In this document: positions 17,255 through 26,800 of the stretch, piece by piece | Position numbering within the stretch: position 1 is the stretch's first letter | Layout: each line of letters starts with the position of its first letter | DNA from: Spirochaetia bacterium | GTDB taxonomy: Bacteria; Spirochaetota; Spirochaetia; Treponematales; Treponemataceae | Assembly: GCA_900770075.1 (NCBI GenBank) | Contig: CAAGIZ010000208.1 | Coordinates: 1-45,689 of the forward strand | DNA: 45,689 nucleotides | Direction of reading: 5' to 3' | The notes under the pieces: generated by a model | The model's database searches: none | What the model was told of the DNA's origin: nothing | What the model saw: the letters and a program-made list of their open reading frames with translations, nothing else | Translations under genes and position numbers: made by a program

Positions 17255-18859
17255 CTAAATTATCTTGGAGTATTTTCTCTCCAAATCTTTTATAAGTTTG
17301 TATTCAAAGGAATCTGCCAGGGCAATGTAGGAAGCCTGAATTATGTCGCTGGCAACGCCCATGGTGCTCCAGGTGTTTTCCCCGTCGCTGGATTCAATCA
17401 AAACCCGCACGGAACTGGCCGTAGCCCCCTTTCCGTCAAGAACGCGAACCTTATAGTCAGTAAGGTGGATTTTTGCCACCGCAGGATAAAACTGCACCAA
17501 AGCCTTTCTCAGTGCCGTATCCATGGCATTTACAGGACCATCCCCTTCACCCGCAGTTATAACCGCATTTCCGTCCACATCAAGCTTTACCTGAGCAAAG
17601 GCACTCTGGTCGTCCGAAAATCTCGGAAACTCTCCGCTGGTCTTGTAATAATGCAGGTTGAAAAAAGGCTCGTATTTTCCCATGGTTTTTCTCACGAGAA
17701 TTTCAAAACTGGCATCCGCACCTTCAAACTGGTAGCCTTCATGTTCCAGTTCCTTAACCCTCTTTACGATTTCTGCAACAACCGGACTGTTTTTTGTCAG
17801 CGTTCTGTCGAATTTCTGGACTTTTTCAACAATCATGCTCTTTCCGGCAACTTCGCTCATAAGGAACACCCGTTCATTTCCCACAGTTTCCGGCTCAATG
17901 TGCTCGTAGGCAAAAGGATTCTTTATAACCGCATCAATGTGCATTCCAGCCTTGTGGGCAAAGGCACTGGCACCAACAAAAGGCATTCCCGGTTCAAGGG
18001 CAATATTTGTAATCTCTGCAATTTTCTTACAGATTGGAGTCAAAAGCTTCATATTTTCTTCAGGAATACAGTCAAATCCAAGCTTCAGCTGCAAATCTGC
18101 AATAATCGTCGAAAGATTGGCATTGCCCGTCCGTTCACCGAACCCCAAAAGAACCCCCTGAACATGAGAAGCACCGGCTTCAACGGCAATTAGCGAATTT
18201 GCTACGGCAAGACCGCAGTCGTTATGGGTGTGAATTCCAATCTCAACGGCATTTCCAAAGCGTCCGTAAACCGCTTCAACAGCCTGCCTGCATTCAGAAG
18301 GCATGGCTCCCCCCTTGGTTTCACAGAGGGAAAGGCAAACCGCCCCTCCTTCAACAGCCGCTTCCAGAGACTTGAGGGCATATTCAGGATTAGCCTTGTA
18401 CCCGGTAAAAAAATGTTCTGCGTCAAAAATTACGTTTTTTCCTTTGGATTTAAGGTAAGAAACAGTATCCCGAATCATTTCGAGGTTTTCGTCCAAAGTT
18501 GCATGCAGGATTTCCGTCACCTGAAAATCCCATGTCTTTCCGAAAATGCACACATATTCAGTATCGGCGGACAAAAGGCTCTGCAAATTTACGTCCTCTG
18601 CACAAGCCAGATCCCTGCGCCTCGTAGAGCCAAAGGCAACGATTTTTGAGTTTTTAAGCTTCAATTTTTTTGCTTCTAAAAAAAACTCCATGTCCTTAGG
18701 ATTGCTTCCGGGATTTCCTGCTTCAATAAAGGTTATTCCCAGTTCGTCCAAAGCCAAAACAATGTTTATTTTATCCTGAACCGAATAACTTATTCCTTCT
18801 CCCTGAGAACCGTCGCGTAAAGTTGAATCCAAAACCGAAATTTTTTTTCTATCTGCCAT
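17255..18859 (-). CDS. cimA: Citramalate synthase (DRE-TIM, LeuA/CimA family)
   Basis: DSTLRDGSQGEG, FGSTRR, DAEHFF, HTHND, GERTGNA, SAFAHKAGMH, and C-terminal regulatory GDGPVNAMD. Confidence 0.88.
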   Translation of the reverse strand: MADRKKISVLDSTLRDGSQGEGISYSVQDKINIVLALDELGITFIEAGNPGSNPKDMEFFLEAKKLKLKNSKIVAFGSTRRRDLACAEDVNLQSLLSADTEYVCIFGKTWDFQVTEILHATLDENLEMIRDTVSYLKSKGKNVIFDAEHFFTGYKANPEYALKSLEAAVEGGAVCLSLCETKGGAMPSECRQAVEAVYGRFGNAVEIGIHTHNDCGLAVANSLIAVEAGASHVQGVLLGFGERTGNANLSTIIADLQLKLGFDCIPEENMKLLTPICKKIAEITNIALEPGMPFVGASAFAHKAGMHIDAVIKNPFAYEHIEPETVGNERVFLMSEVAGKSMIVEKVQKFDRTLTKNSPVVAEIVKRVKELEHEGYQFEGADASFEILVRKTMGKYEPFFNLHYYKTSGEFPRFSDDQSAFAQVKLDVDGNAVITAGEGDGPVNAMDTALRKALVQFYPAVAKIHLTDYKVRVLDGKGATASSVRVLIESSDGENTWSTMGVASDIIQASYIALADSFEYKLIKDLERKYSKII

Positions 18860-18873
18860 ACCCCATTATACAA

Positions 18874-18910
18874 AAAAAAATCCCGATTTTTCAAGAACCG
18901 GGATTTTTTT
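18874..18910 (-). terminator. Intrinsic terminator downstream of the che operon
   Basis: AAAAAAATCCCG ... CGGGATTTTTTT inverted repeat. Confidence 0.75.
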
Positions 18911-18924
18911 AGATTTTTTATGAT

Positions 18925-19062
18925 ACGGGCGGCTTTTTTGCCGTCACGCCGGCAAAAAAACAGGTGTTCCGTACTTCGCCGTCTTCGCGGCTCATCGTAA
19001 AAACAGCGTGCTGAAGCCCGCTGTTTTCACGACTGCTACGCAGGTACTACACCCCTTGCCGC
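18925..19062. repeat. Structured intergenic element, copy B
   Basis: ACGGGCGGC...TTCC-GTAC-TTC-GCCG(tcttcg)CGGC-TCA-[14-bp stem 18995-19032]-CTGC(tac)GCAG-GTAC-TACA...GCCGC. Confidence 0.8.
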
Positions 19063-19071
19063 AGAAAACTT

Positions 19072-19506
19072 TTATTTTACTGCAGCACCGATGCGCTCAA
19101 GAACCTTCTTGCGGTCAAGAGGCTTTACGATATAATTTTTTGCCCCAAGTAAAAGAGATTTTTTTACAAGTTCTTCTTTTCCCAAAGCAGAAACCATTAC
19201 GACCCTCGCATTTTTGTCAAAAGCCATAATCTGTTCCAAAGCCGTAATACCGTCCATACGCGGCATGGTTATATCCATCGTAACCAAATCCACATTCGGA
19301 CAAAGTTCCTTATATTTATCCACACCGTCCTTACCATCAACTGCCGTTGCCACAACTTCATAACCTTCAGACGTAAGAATCTGTCCAAGCTGTTTTGCAA
19401 CAAAGATTGAGTCATCAACGATAAGTACACGGATTTTCGTGCCGTCAACTCTTACACCCTCTGGCGGACGTTCATTGATTGATGGGAAATCCTGTTTAGT
19501 TTTCAT
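19072..19506 (-). CDS. cheY: Chemotaxis response regulator CheY (spirochete type with N-terminal extension)
   Basis: VLIVDDS, TMDITMPRMDG, VSA, IVKP; last gene of cheAWXY. Confidence 0.92.
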   Translation of the reverse strand: MKTKQDFPSINERPPEGVRVDGTKIRVLIVDDSIFVAKQLGQILTSEGYEVVATAVDGKDGVDKYKELCPNVDLVTMDITMPRMDGITALEQIMAFDKNARVVMVSALGKEELVKKSLLLGAKNYIVKPLDRKKVLERIGAAVK

Positions 19507-19525
19507 GTTGCTGCCTCCTCAATAT

Positions 19526-20008
19526 CTACATACGTTCGCGGATTGCGACGTTAATTTCCACTTTGCCACACTCTGTAATAAGAGGAACAATCAGTGCTTC
19601 TACAGTATCTGCCTGTCCGCCCAATGCAGCAATTTCCATTTTTTCCCCTGCAAAAAGAGCAGGAGGAGTCAAGTCAAACTTAAATCCCAGTTCGTGCAGT
19701 TTTGTTACGGCCTGAGCAGTGATAAGGTTAGCCAGTTCACTGATTGTTGCCTTTGCCAGTTCATCAAAGGAAGCGAGGGTTTCGCCGTTCATCTTTGAAG
19801 CAATGTTCAAGGCAGTTTCGTAAGACATATCAAAAAGAACACGTCCTTCTACATCACCTGCAAGACCTACAAGTGCTGCTACACCCATCACAGGCATAGC
19901 CGTTGATTTCAAGTACAAATCACCACGTTTTACATCGGCACCACCAAGAACTTCCTTAAGGATTTGGAAAGAAGTTTCAACAAACGGGTTGATATATTCT
20001 ACTCTCAT
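19526..20008 (-). CDS. cheX: CheY-P phosphatase CheX
   Basis: MRVEYINPF, GLAGDVEGRV, ISELANLI (ExxN), DLTPP. Confidence 0.92.
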   Translation of the reverse strand: MRVEYINPFVETSFQILKEVLGGADVKRGDLYLKSTAMPVMGVAALVGLAGDVEGRVLFDMSYETALNIASKMNGETLASFDELAKATISELANLITAQAVTKLHELGFKFDLTPPALFAGEKMEIAALGGQADTVEALIVPLITECGKVEINVAIRERM

Positions 20009-20043
20009 AATTTTCTCCCTGTCTATATTTTATTTTGTAAAAA

Positions 20044-21489
20044 TTACTTTGCAAAAACGGTAACGGCACCGTCTTTTCTGGCTGACCAGTTACCATTTCC
20101 CTCCAATGTTTCATTCTGCCCGAGAATGATTACACCGTTTCCTTTCAGTTTTTCGTCAAAATCATTTATGAGATTTTTCTGAGAACTTTCAGGAAGGAAT
20201 GAAATCAAATCCCTTGCAAAAATTATATCACAAACCGGCAAAGAATTCGTATTGGCACAGTCGTGATACTCAAACATAATACTGTTTTTTATATCGGAAG
20301 TAAAAGTAAAATCAGAATTTGCCTTATTTGTCAGATAAGGGGCATACCAGCCGTTTGCAACTTCTGCAGGAACACTCAGCAGAGGTGCATTGGATACATT
20401 GAGCAAATCAATGTCATGGGCATAAATCCTGATTTTTGCCTCAGGATAACGTTTTTTCAGTATGCAGGCAAGGGAATAGGTTTCCATACCCTTTCCGCAT
20501 CCAGGATTCCAGACCGTAATCTGTTTTGCAGCGTTGTCCGGCAGAACTTTTAAAATTGAATCTGCATACTCTTTTGTCCACCAGTTGCCAGAACACGGAG
20601 AATAAAAACTCTTCAGGAACTCTTCTGCATCCTCAGTAGAAGAAAACTGGATTTTATCCTCGTCCCGTTCTTTCTGCCATGAAGCAAAACGATCTTTTAC
20701 CCAATTTTCGTTTACGCTGCTGACTGTAAACTTACGCATCTGGGCAAGGGATTCTGCAATAAACTTAAGCTCGCTTCCTTCTGTTTTTCCGCTTTTTTGC
20801 TCAGAAGAACCGGCTGAAAAATCAGAAACACTAAGCTTCTCGACTGGAGCGGCTTTTGCAGTGATTTTTGCGTTATGAGCCATGTTTGCACGGGCTGTTT
20901 CTTCTTCTATCGCCTGCGCTTCGGTTTTTGAACCAAAAATCTTTTCTATATCGAGAAGAATGTAAAGCCTGTTGTTTACCTCTACAACACCCTGAATATA
21001 CTTTATGTTGATGTCACCAAAGAGAGGATGCGGCGGCTGAATTGTAGCCTTCTGGATTCCAACAACCTTGTCGATGACATCTACAACTATACCGAAAGTC
21101 TGCTCACCGATAGAACAGATCAGCATATTTTCCAAGGAACCTTCCTGCCTTTCTTCTACTTCAATGTTGAAAAAAAGCCTCAGATCAAAAATAGGAATTA
21201 TATCGCCCCTGAGATTGTATACTCCAAGGACAAAAGGAAGGGTATTTGGAACATAGGTAAAACGTCCTGCTTTTGCGATTTCCTTTATCTTCATTATGTC
21301 GATGGCATAGTCTTTTCCTGCCAGAGAAAAAGTTACCATCTTGTAGTCAATCTGAGCGAGTTTTTCTTTTTTTTCTGCAGAGTCCTGGGCAGCATCCGGC
21401 ACAATGCTGGCATATGCTCCCAAATTCTGAGCCAAAGCCGAATTTATGGTCTTTTCTTCCGTGTTATTCTGAATATTTTCATTAGCCAT
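20044..21489 (-). CDS. cheW: CheW with a C-terminal CheR-like domain
   Basis: VTFSLAGKDYAIDI...GVYNLRGDIIP (CheW); WNPGCGKGMETYSLA (CheR-like). Confidence 0.88.
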   Translation of the reverse strand: MANENIQNNTEEKTINSALAQNLGAYASIVPDAAQDSAEKKEKLAQIDYKMVTFSLAGKDYAIDIMKIKEIAKAGRFTYVPNTLPFVLGVYNLRGDIIPIFDLRLFFNIEVEERQEGSLENMLICSIGEQTFGIVVDVIDKVVGIQKATIQPPHPLFGDINIKYIQGVVEVNNRLYILLDIEKIFGSKTEAQAIEEETARANMAHNAKITAKAAPVEKLSVSDFSAGSSEQKSGKTEGSELKFIAESLAQMRKFTVSSVNENWVKDRFASWQKERDEDKIQFSSTEDAEEFLKSFYSPCSGNWWTKEYADSILKVLPDNAAKQITVWNPGCGKGMETYSLACILKKRYPEAKIRIYAHDIDLLNVSNAPLLSVPAEVANGWYAPYLTNKANSDFTFTSDIKNSIMFEYHDCANTNSLPVCDIIFARDLISFLPESSQKNLINDFDEKLKGNGVIILGQNETLEGNGNWSARKDGAVTVFAK

Positions 21490-21506
21490 GATAAACCTCT
21501 TTTGCC

Positions 21507-23876
21507 TTATTCAATAGCCCCATATTCAGAGCGTGCTTCAATCTCCTGACGAACTCCCAGTTCAAGGAGCTGGCTTACATCGATAATCAGCGAAACGGAA
21601 CCGTCACCCAATATTGACGCACCGGCTATTCCCGGAGACTGGGTAAGCTGGTCGCGCAAAGGCTTGATTACCACGTCTTCCTCACCAATCAGGGCATCAA
21701 CCATAATGCCTATTTTCTTATCCTGAGTTCCTACTATTACGACAAAGCAGTATTCTCCGTCTTCCGTATTGCGGATATTGAAAAGCCTGCTGAGCCTAAG
21801 CACGGATATAACCTCGTTGCGGACGTTGAGGACTTCGTAGTTGTCGATGGTGTTTATTTCTCCACGTTTTATGCGGTGGCTTTCGATAACGGATGCGATA
21901 GGAATGGAATAAACCTCCTTTCCGACACGCACCAAAAGCCCCTGAATAATCGCCAGTGTAAGGGGAAGCCTGATTGAAAACTTTGAACCCCTGCCCTTTT
22001 CTGTGGTTACGTTTACGGTTCCGTTGAGCTTGTCAATCATGGTTTTTACCACATCAAGCCCGACACCCCGACCGGAAACATTTGTTATTTTGCTTGCCGT
22101 TGAGAAGCCTGGCATGAAGATAAGGTTTGCTGCTTCCTGATCCGTAAGGACTTTGTTCGGATGAATAAGCCCCTTTTCCACAGCCTTTTTCCGGACTTTT
22201 TCCGTATCGATTCCGCCACCGTCATCAACTATATCGATGATAATCATATTACCTTCGTTGGCAGCCTTTAAGAGAACCGTACCTGTATCGCTCTTTCCTG
22301 CCGCTTTGCGGGCTTCCGGAGACTCGATTCCGTGGTCTACGGAGTTACGGACACAGTGCATTATAGGATCCATAAGGTCATCGATAACAGTCTTGTCCAG
22401 TTCTGTTTCTTCACCTTCAATCTGAAGATTTACCTTTTTACCCAAATCTTTCTGCAAATCCCGGACTACTCTCGGGAAACGGTCGAAAATCTGACTGATA
22501 GGAACCATTCGGATTTTCATTACGCCTTCCTGCAGTTCTCCGGCAATGCGGCCGAGGTTTTGGGTTGCAGAATGGAATTTTGTATTCAAGTCCTTAAATT
22601 TTGCTTCGAAAGAGGCAAAATATTCCGGAAGTTCTCCATATTCCTGCATGATATTGTTTCTTATGTCTTTTACAGAAACACCGTTTTGAATTTCTTCCAG
22701 GAACTGCGGAAGCTGTTCAAACATCTTGCGGATTTTTTCCCTAAAGGAAGAATCGAGAGCCTGAAACTGAACCAGCATGTCAGACTGCTGCTGGGCACTC
22801 TGGTTGAAGGACGCTTTCGTGATTACGGTTTCGGACACCAGATTCATAAGGGTGTCTATGCGCTTTGAATCCACCCGGAGGATTGAACTCTGCTGTGCAT
22901 GACCAGAAGCCGGAGCATTTTTTGCAGCCGGCGCTTTTTTTGCCGCCTGTAAATTTTCCCTGCCTTCATCTTTAGGTTCGTCCTGTTTTGCCGGCTGGGT
23001 TGCAGGCTGTTCGGGTTCAGCAGAAACTGCAGGTTTTTCCAGCTGATCCTGCACTGCGCTTTCCTTTGCAACAGCATTATCCAGACACTGGGCATCAACG
23101 CTTAATGTTACGTCGTCCAGAAAAGCTGCGTCTTCCAGCTGTTCCTGTGTATTTGAGGAAGCCACATAATATACTACATCCCGGTGGAATTCGTCTTCGT
23201 AAAGGACGTCAAAATCAGGAACGGTTTTAAGGACAGTTCCGCTTGCTTTAAGGGCTGCAAAAACCTGAATGCCGCCGACGCTGTTCATAGGGTTATTTTC
23301 GTCAAAGACAACACTGACTGACCAAAGTTTTTGACCGGACTGGCAGCTCTGCTTGAGTTCCAGAAGTTCAAATTCAGACATATCCACTGTCTTTGCGTTT
23401 GCAGCAGGCGCAGAGGCGGAGGGTACCGAAACAGGAGCAGGTTTTGGTGCAGGAGAAGCCTTTTCTGCCTTTCCGCCCTTTCCTGGAATCATTGACTTTA
23501 TCTTGTTAGAAATTTCTTCTACGCTTTCGCCGTAAACAGAACCGTTCTGTCTGGCTTCCAGCATAGCTTTTATGATATCGAGGGAATTGAGAAGCGTGTC
23601 TACTACATCTTCAGTTACTTTTACACGATCCGAGCGCACTTCATCAAGAAGATCTTCCATAGTGTGGGCAAAAGTTGAAATTTCTGAAAATTCAACGGTA
23701 GCCGAGTTGCCTTTTAAGGTGTGGGCAGCACGGAAAATCTCATCGATGGCATCATGATTGTTCGGGTCATTCTCTATTGCAAGGATATTGCTTTCGAGAT
23801 TATCCACCATGAGTTCGGCTTCAGAAAAATAGTCTTTAAGCAGTTCTTCGTTGTTAGCGTCAAGAAAATCACTCAT
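21507..23876 (-). CDS. cheA: Chemotaxis histidine kinase CheA
   Basis: IFRAAHTLKG (Hpt), RNSVDHGIE, DDGGGI, FMPGFST, SGRGVGLDVV, C-terminal CheW domain. Start at ATG 23876 (MSDFLD). Confidence 0.96.
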   Translation of the reverse strand: MSDFLDANNEELLKDYFSEAELMVDNLESNILAIENDPNNHDAIDEIFRAAHTLKGNSATVEFSEISTFAHTMEDLLDEVRSDRVKVTEDVVDTLLNSLDIIKAMLEARQNGSVYGESVEEISNKIKSMIPGKGGKAEKASPAPKPAPVSVPSASAPAANAKTVDMSEFELLELKQSCQSGQKLWSVSVVFDENNPMNSVGGIQVFAALKASGTVLKTVPDFDVLYEDEFHRDVVYYVASSNTQEQLEDAAFLDDVTLSVDAQCLDNAVAKESAVQDQLEKPAVSAEPEQPATQPAKQDEPKDEGRENLQAAKKAPAAKNAPASGHAQQSSILRVDSKRIDTLMNLVSETVITKASFNQSAQQQSDMLVQFQALDSSFREKIRKMFEQLPQFLEEIQNGVSVKDIRNNIMQEYGELPEYFASFEAKFKDLNTKFHSATQNLGRIAGELQEGVMKIRMVPISQIFDRFPRVVRDLQKDLGKKVNLQIEGEETELDKTVIDDLMDPIMHCVRNSVDHGIESPEARKAAGKSDTGTVLLKAANEGNMIIIDIVDDGGGIDTEKVRKKAVEKGLIHPNKVLTDQEAANLIFMPGFSTASKITNVSGRGVGLDVVKTMIDKLNGTVNVTTEKGRGSKFSIRLPLTLAIIQGLLVRVGKEVYSIPIASVIESHRIKRGEINTIDNYEVLNVRNEVISVLRLSRLFNIRNTEDGEYCFVVIVGTQDKKIGIMVDALIGEEDVVIKPLRDQLTQSPGIAGASILGDGSVSLIIDVSQLLELGVRQEIEARSEYGAIE

Positions 23877-23883
23877 AAATAAT

Positions 23884-23911
23884 ATTTTAACCTTTAACAC
23901 CCCAAAGTCAA
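23884..23911 (-). promoter_or_regulatory. Sigma-70 promoter of cheA (probably leaderless)
   Basis: TTGACT, 16-nt spacer, TAAAAT, 7 nt, then ATG; no SD. Confidence 0.6.
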
Positions 23912-23970
23912 GCAATAAAAAAAAATTTTATACGAGAGGCAAGCAGAAGCCCCGCATTACAGGAAGAGCC

Positions 23971-24069
23971 AGCCCGGATTGAAAAGGCGGCACAGCCGTT
24001 TCAGGGGAACACAGGAAATTCCTGTGTTCCCCTGAAATGAAGGCGAAAGCCGGAACCTTGGAAAGCCGG
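23971..24069. repeat. Structured intergenic element, copy C (inverted relative to A, B and D)
   Basis: AGCCCGGATTGAA-AAGG-CGGC(aca)GCCG-[perfect 19-bp palindrome 23999-24037]-TGA-aGGC(gaaa)GCCg-GAA-CCTT-GGAAAGCCGG. Confidence 0.8.
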
Positions 24070-24159
24070 TTAAGGAGAAGACAAGGTGCAGGCAAAAAAA
24101 GCTTAAATCTTCCCTATAATATGCTGCCTTAAAAAAAAACACACATTTTGATTTTTTAT

Positions 24160-24187
24160 TAAAGTACAGTTCCTTTCATGCCGATAA
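24160..24187 (+). promoter_or_regulatory. Sigma-28 (FliA/SigD) promoter
   Basis: TAAA (24160-24163), 16-nt spacer, GCCGATAA (24180-24187): full consensus, 35 nt upstream of the ATG. Confidence 0.8.
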
Positions 24188-24222
24188 TAAAAAGCAGGGT
24201 TTTAACCTGCGGAGAAAAGACT

Positions 24223-25446
24223 ATGAAACTGATAAAAAGACTGTTTTTTACTGCTGCCGCTTTTTGTGTTTTTGCTGCTTCGGGCTCTGTCTGGGCAACT
24301 TCTTTTAACGGTTATGCGGGAATGAAAGGCGACTTAAAATCTGCTGAGGCCTCGGATTATTTTGACCCTGTAATGAATTTGACTGGATTTTTCAAGGGTC
24401 AGTTTAATTTTTCGGACAGTCTTTTTTTTAACACGGAAGTGAGCATTTCGACCGGGGATGTAATCGATACTAAACTGACGGATGACACTGAGGCTGTTTT
24501 CTGTTTTGATGAACTTTCGCTTACCTACAGGAAGAATTTTCTGGGCAAGACTCAGTTTTTCAGCATTTTTAAGGGAAATTTCTGTTCCCTGGGCTCAAAC
24601 CAGTTTTTGACACAGCAGTTTGGCATTGCTCCCGTTACCAGCATGCTGACGGAAAGTTTTTTCGGCAATAAGACGGCTTCTCCCTGTCAGATAAACGGGC
24701 TGGGTTTTTCTTATGCACTGAAGCTTAATTCAAAACCTGTTTCTTTTGCAGGCTATGTCTACAAAAATTACGAAAATGAAAGCGGAATGAAGCAGTATAA
24801 TTTTGATTTCAGGCTTGCTGCCGTGAACAGATTCCTGACGGTGGACTTTCTGGCTGGTTTTGGTGCGCCTTCAAAGGATCAGAAAGACGGAAGTGACGTT
24901 TTTCTTTTGATTGACGAAATATACCTGCACAGCGGTATTGACCTTCTTCTGGGGAGCGAATGGCGGACTTCCCTTTTTGTTCAGGCGGGGTTTGCTTCCC
25001 TTCCTTTAAGCAGTTATAATTCAAAAATTGAAATTTCCGACGAAAGCCTGTTCCTGCTCCTTGAACCCCGATTCAGACTGAACAATTCCCGGCTGCACGT
25101 TTCGCTGTTCAATATTCCTAAAGATCAGATTAAAAAGACTGACTTTGCTGACGGAACAATGGGTCTTTCCATCAACATCTTTACCGACAGTCTGTTTTTC
25201 CGAAATAAAAACATAAAATTCGGCTTTAACCTGTCTTTCAGCTATGAAGACCGTTATCTGATGGATTTGTCCGAATTTGATGACTTTTTTGCGGACAGCT
25301 GTTCCGTACAGGCAACCCCTTATTTCGGTTTTCCTGTATTTTCCGGAAACCTAACCATGATGTTCCAGACTAAGGTGAGCGAATTTCCTTCAGGCCACCT
25401 GTCCAAAAACATAAACTTTACGCTGGGCTACAAGTCTTATTTTTAA
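24223..25446 (+). CDS. Hypothetical exported protein, putative outer-membrane beta-barrel
   Basis: GGAG SD, signal peptide MKLIKRLFFTAAAFCVFAASGSVWA, alternating aromatic/hydrophobic strands, C-terminus FTLGYKSYF. Confidence 0.6.
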   Translation: MKLIKRLFFTAAAFCVFAASGSVWATSFNGYAGMKGDLKSAEASDYFDPVMNLTGFFKGQFNFSDSLFFNTEVSISTGDVIDTKLTDDTEAVFCFDELSLTYRKNFLGKTQFFSIFKGNFCSLGSNQFLTQQFGIAPVTSMLTESFFGNKTASPCQINGLGFSYALKLNSKPVSFAGYVYKNYENESGMKQYNFDFRLAAVNRFLTVDFLAGFGAPSKDQKDGSDVFLLIDEIYLHSGIDLLLGSEWRTSLFVQAGFASLPLSSYNSKIEISDESLFLLLEPRFRLNNSRLHVSLFNIPKDQIKKTDFADGTMGLSINIFTDSLFFRNKNIKFGFNLSFSYEDRYLMDLSEFDDFFADSCSVQATPYFGFPVFSGNLTMMFQTKVSEFPSGHLSKNINFTLGYKSYF

Positions 25447-25476
25447 AAAGACATAAGGTCGCAGGGAACCCTGAAA

Positions 25477-25556
25477 AAAAAGGGCTGTTCCGAAAGTATC
25501 TGTTCAGATGCTGAAAACAAGTTCAGCATGACAATACTTATCGGTCAGCCCTTTTT
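25477..25556. terminator. Long imperfect hairpin / bidirectional terminator containing a TGTC-type REP-like core
   Basis: AAAAAGGGCTG..CCGA.AAGTAT...ATACTT.TCGG.CAGCCCTTTTT enclosing AGATGCTGAAAACAAGTTCAGCATGACA. Confidence 0.65.
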
Positions 25557-25576
25557 AAATTTTGAGTGACACTTTT

Positions 25577-26800
25577 TTACAGTTTCAGCATCGAAAGCCT
25601 GCGGCAGGCTTCTTCAATGTCTGAGCGGTGTCCGAAAGAACTGAAACGTATAAAACTTTCTCCGGCCGGTCCGAAACCTGACCCCGGCGTGGTTACCACA
25701 TGGCACTCGTCGAGGATTTTGTCAAAAACGTCCCAGCTGGTCTTTCCCGGGAACTTTGCCCAGACATAAGGACCGTTTCCGGTAAAATAGGCAGTAACTC
25801 CGGCTGTCTTAAAGTTTTCCTTTTCCAGAGCGGCTTTTATGAGGCGGCCGTTTTCCAGATAGTAATCCACCTGGGCCGTCATGTCTTTAAGTCCCTGCTG
25901 GTCAAGGGCTGCCAGTCCCCCAGCCTGTGCGATGTTTGAAGCACCGTTAAAGAGAGTTGTCATTACCCTGTTCCAGTCCCGGTTTACGCTTGAGCCGTCT
26001 TCAAATTTAAGCTCGTTGGGCACCACAGACCAGCCGAGGCGGACTCCCGTAAAACCTGCCGGCTTTGAAAATGAATTTACTTCGATTGCGCAGGTTTTTG
26101 CTCCCGGTATTTCGTAAATCGTTTTAGGCAGATTTTCATCGCGGATAAAGGCAAAATAAGCCGCATCGTAGATAATTATGCAGCCGTTTTCGTTTGCAAA
26201 ATCTACTAATTTTTGTAACTGTTCTTTTGTTGCCGTAGCTCCAGTTGGATTGTTTGGCGAACAGAAGTAAATCAAGGTATTTTTTTCTATTTTTGACAGA
26301 TCTGGAAAAAAATCGTTCTCTGGAGTACACGGAAGGTAGGAAATTCCTTCGTAACCTTTGCCGTTGTTTTTTCCGGCGGCTCCCGTCACCACAGAACCGT
26401 CCACATAGACCGGGTATGCCGGATCCTGAACCGCTACGTTTACCTGTGAACCGAACAGGGTCTGGATGCGGGCAATGTCGCATTTTGCACCGTCAGAGAT
26501 GAAAATTTCGTCTGCATCTGCCATTCCCGGGTAAAATACTTCGGCAATTTTTGCGCGCAGGGCGGAATTTCCCTGTTCATCTCCATAACCTGAGTATTCT
26601 TCCGGGGTTGCAAGGGCAAGGGCATAATCTGCCATCGCTTTTGCAATATATGGTGAAAGGGGCTCGGTTGTGTTTCCGATTCCGAGGCTGATTATCTTTG
26701 CCTCCGGATGAGCTGCCGCATATTCCCTACGGCGACGGGCTACTTCCGGAAAAAGATATCCGGCAGTAAGATTTGAAAAACCTGTATTTCTTTTTATCAT
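25577..26800 (-). CDS. dapL: LL-diaminopimelate aminotransferase
   Basis: GYLFPEV, ISLGIGNTTEPL, SDGAKCD, DPAYPVY, CSPNNPTG, SFSKPAGFTGVRLGW, TPGSGFG. Confidence 0.93.
   Translation of the reverse strand: MIKRNTGFSNLTAGYLFPEVARRRREYAAAHPEAKIISLGIGNTTEPLSPYIAKAMADYALALATPEEYSGYGDEQGNSALRAKIAEVFYPGMADADEIFISDGAKCDIARIQTLFGSQVNVAVQDPAYPVYVDGSVVTGAAGKNNGKGYEGISYLPCTPENDFFPDLSKIEKNTLIYFCSPNNPTGATATKEQLQKLVDFANENGCIIIYDAAYFAFIRDENLPKTIYEIPGAKTCAIEVNSFSKPAGFTGVRLGWSVVPNELKFEDGSSVNRDWNRVMTTLFNGASNIAQAGGLAALDQQGLKDMTAQVDYYLENGRLIKAALEKENFKTAGVTAYFTGNGPYVWAKFPGKTSWDVFDKILDECHVVTTPGSGFGPAGESFIRFSSFGHRSDIEEACRRLSMLKL

Noticed and set aside
17228..18193. 321-aa ORF on the + strand
   Set aside because: Antisense shadow of cimA, starting inside a terminator hairpin, with no recognisable motif.
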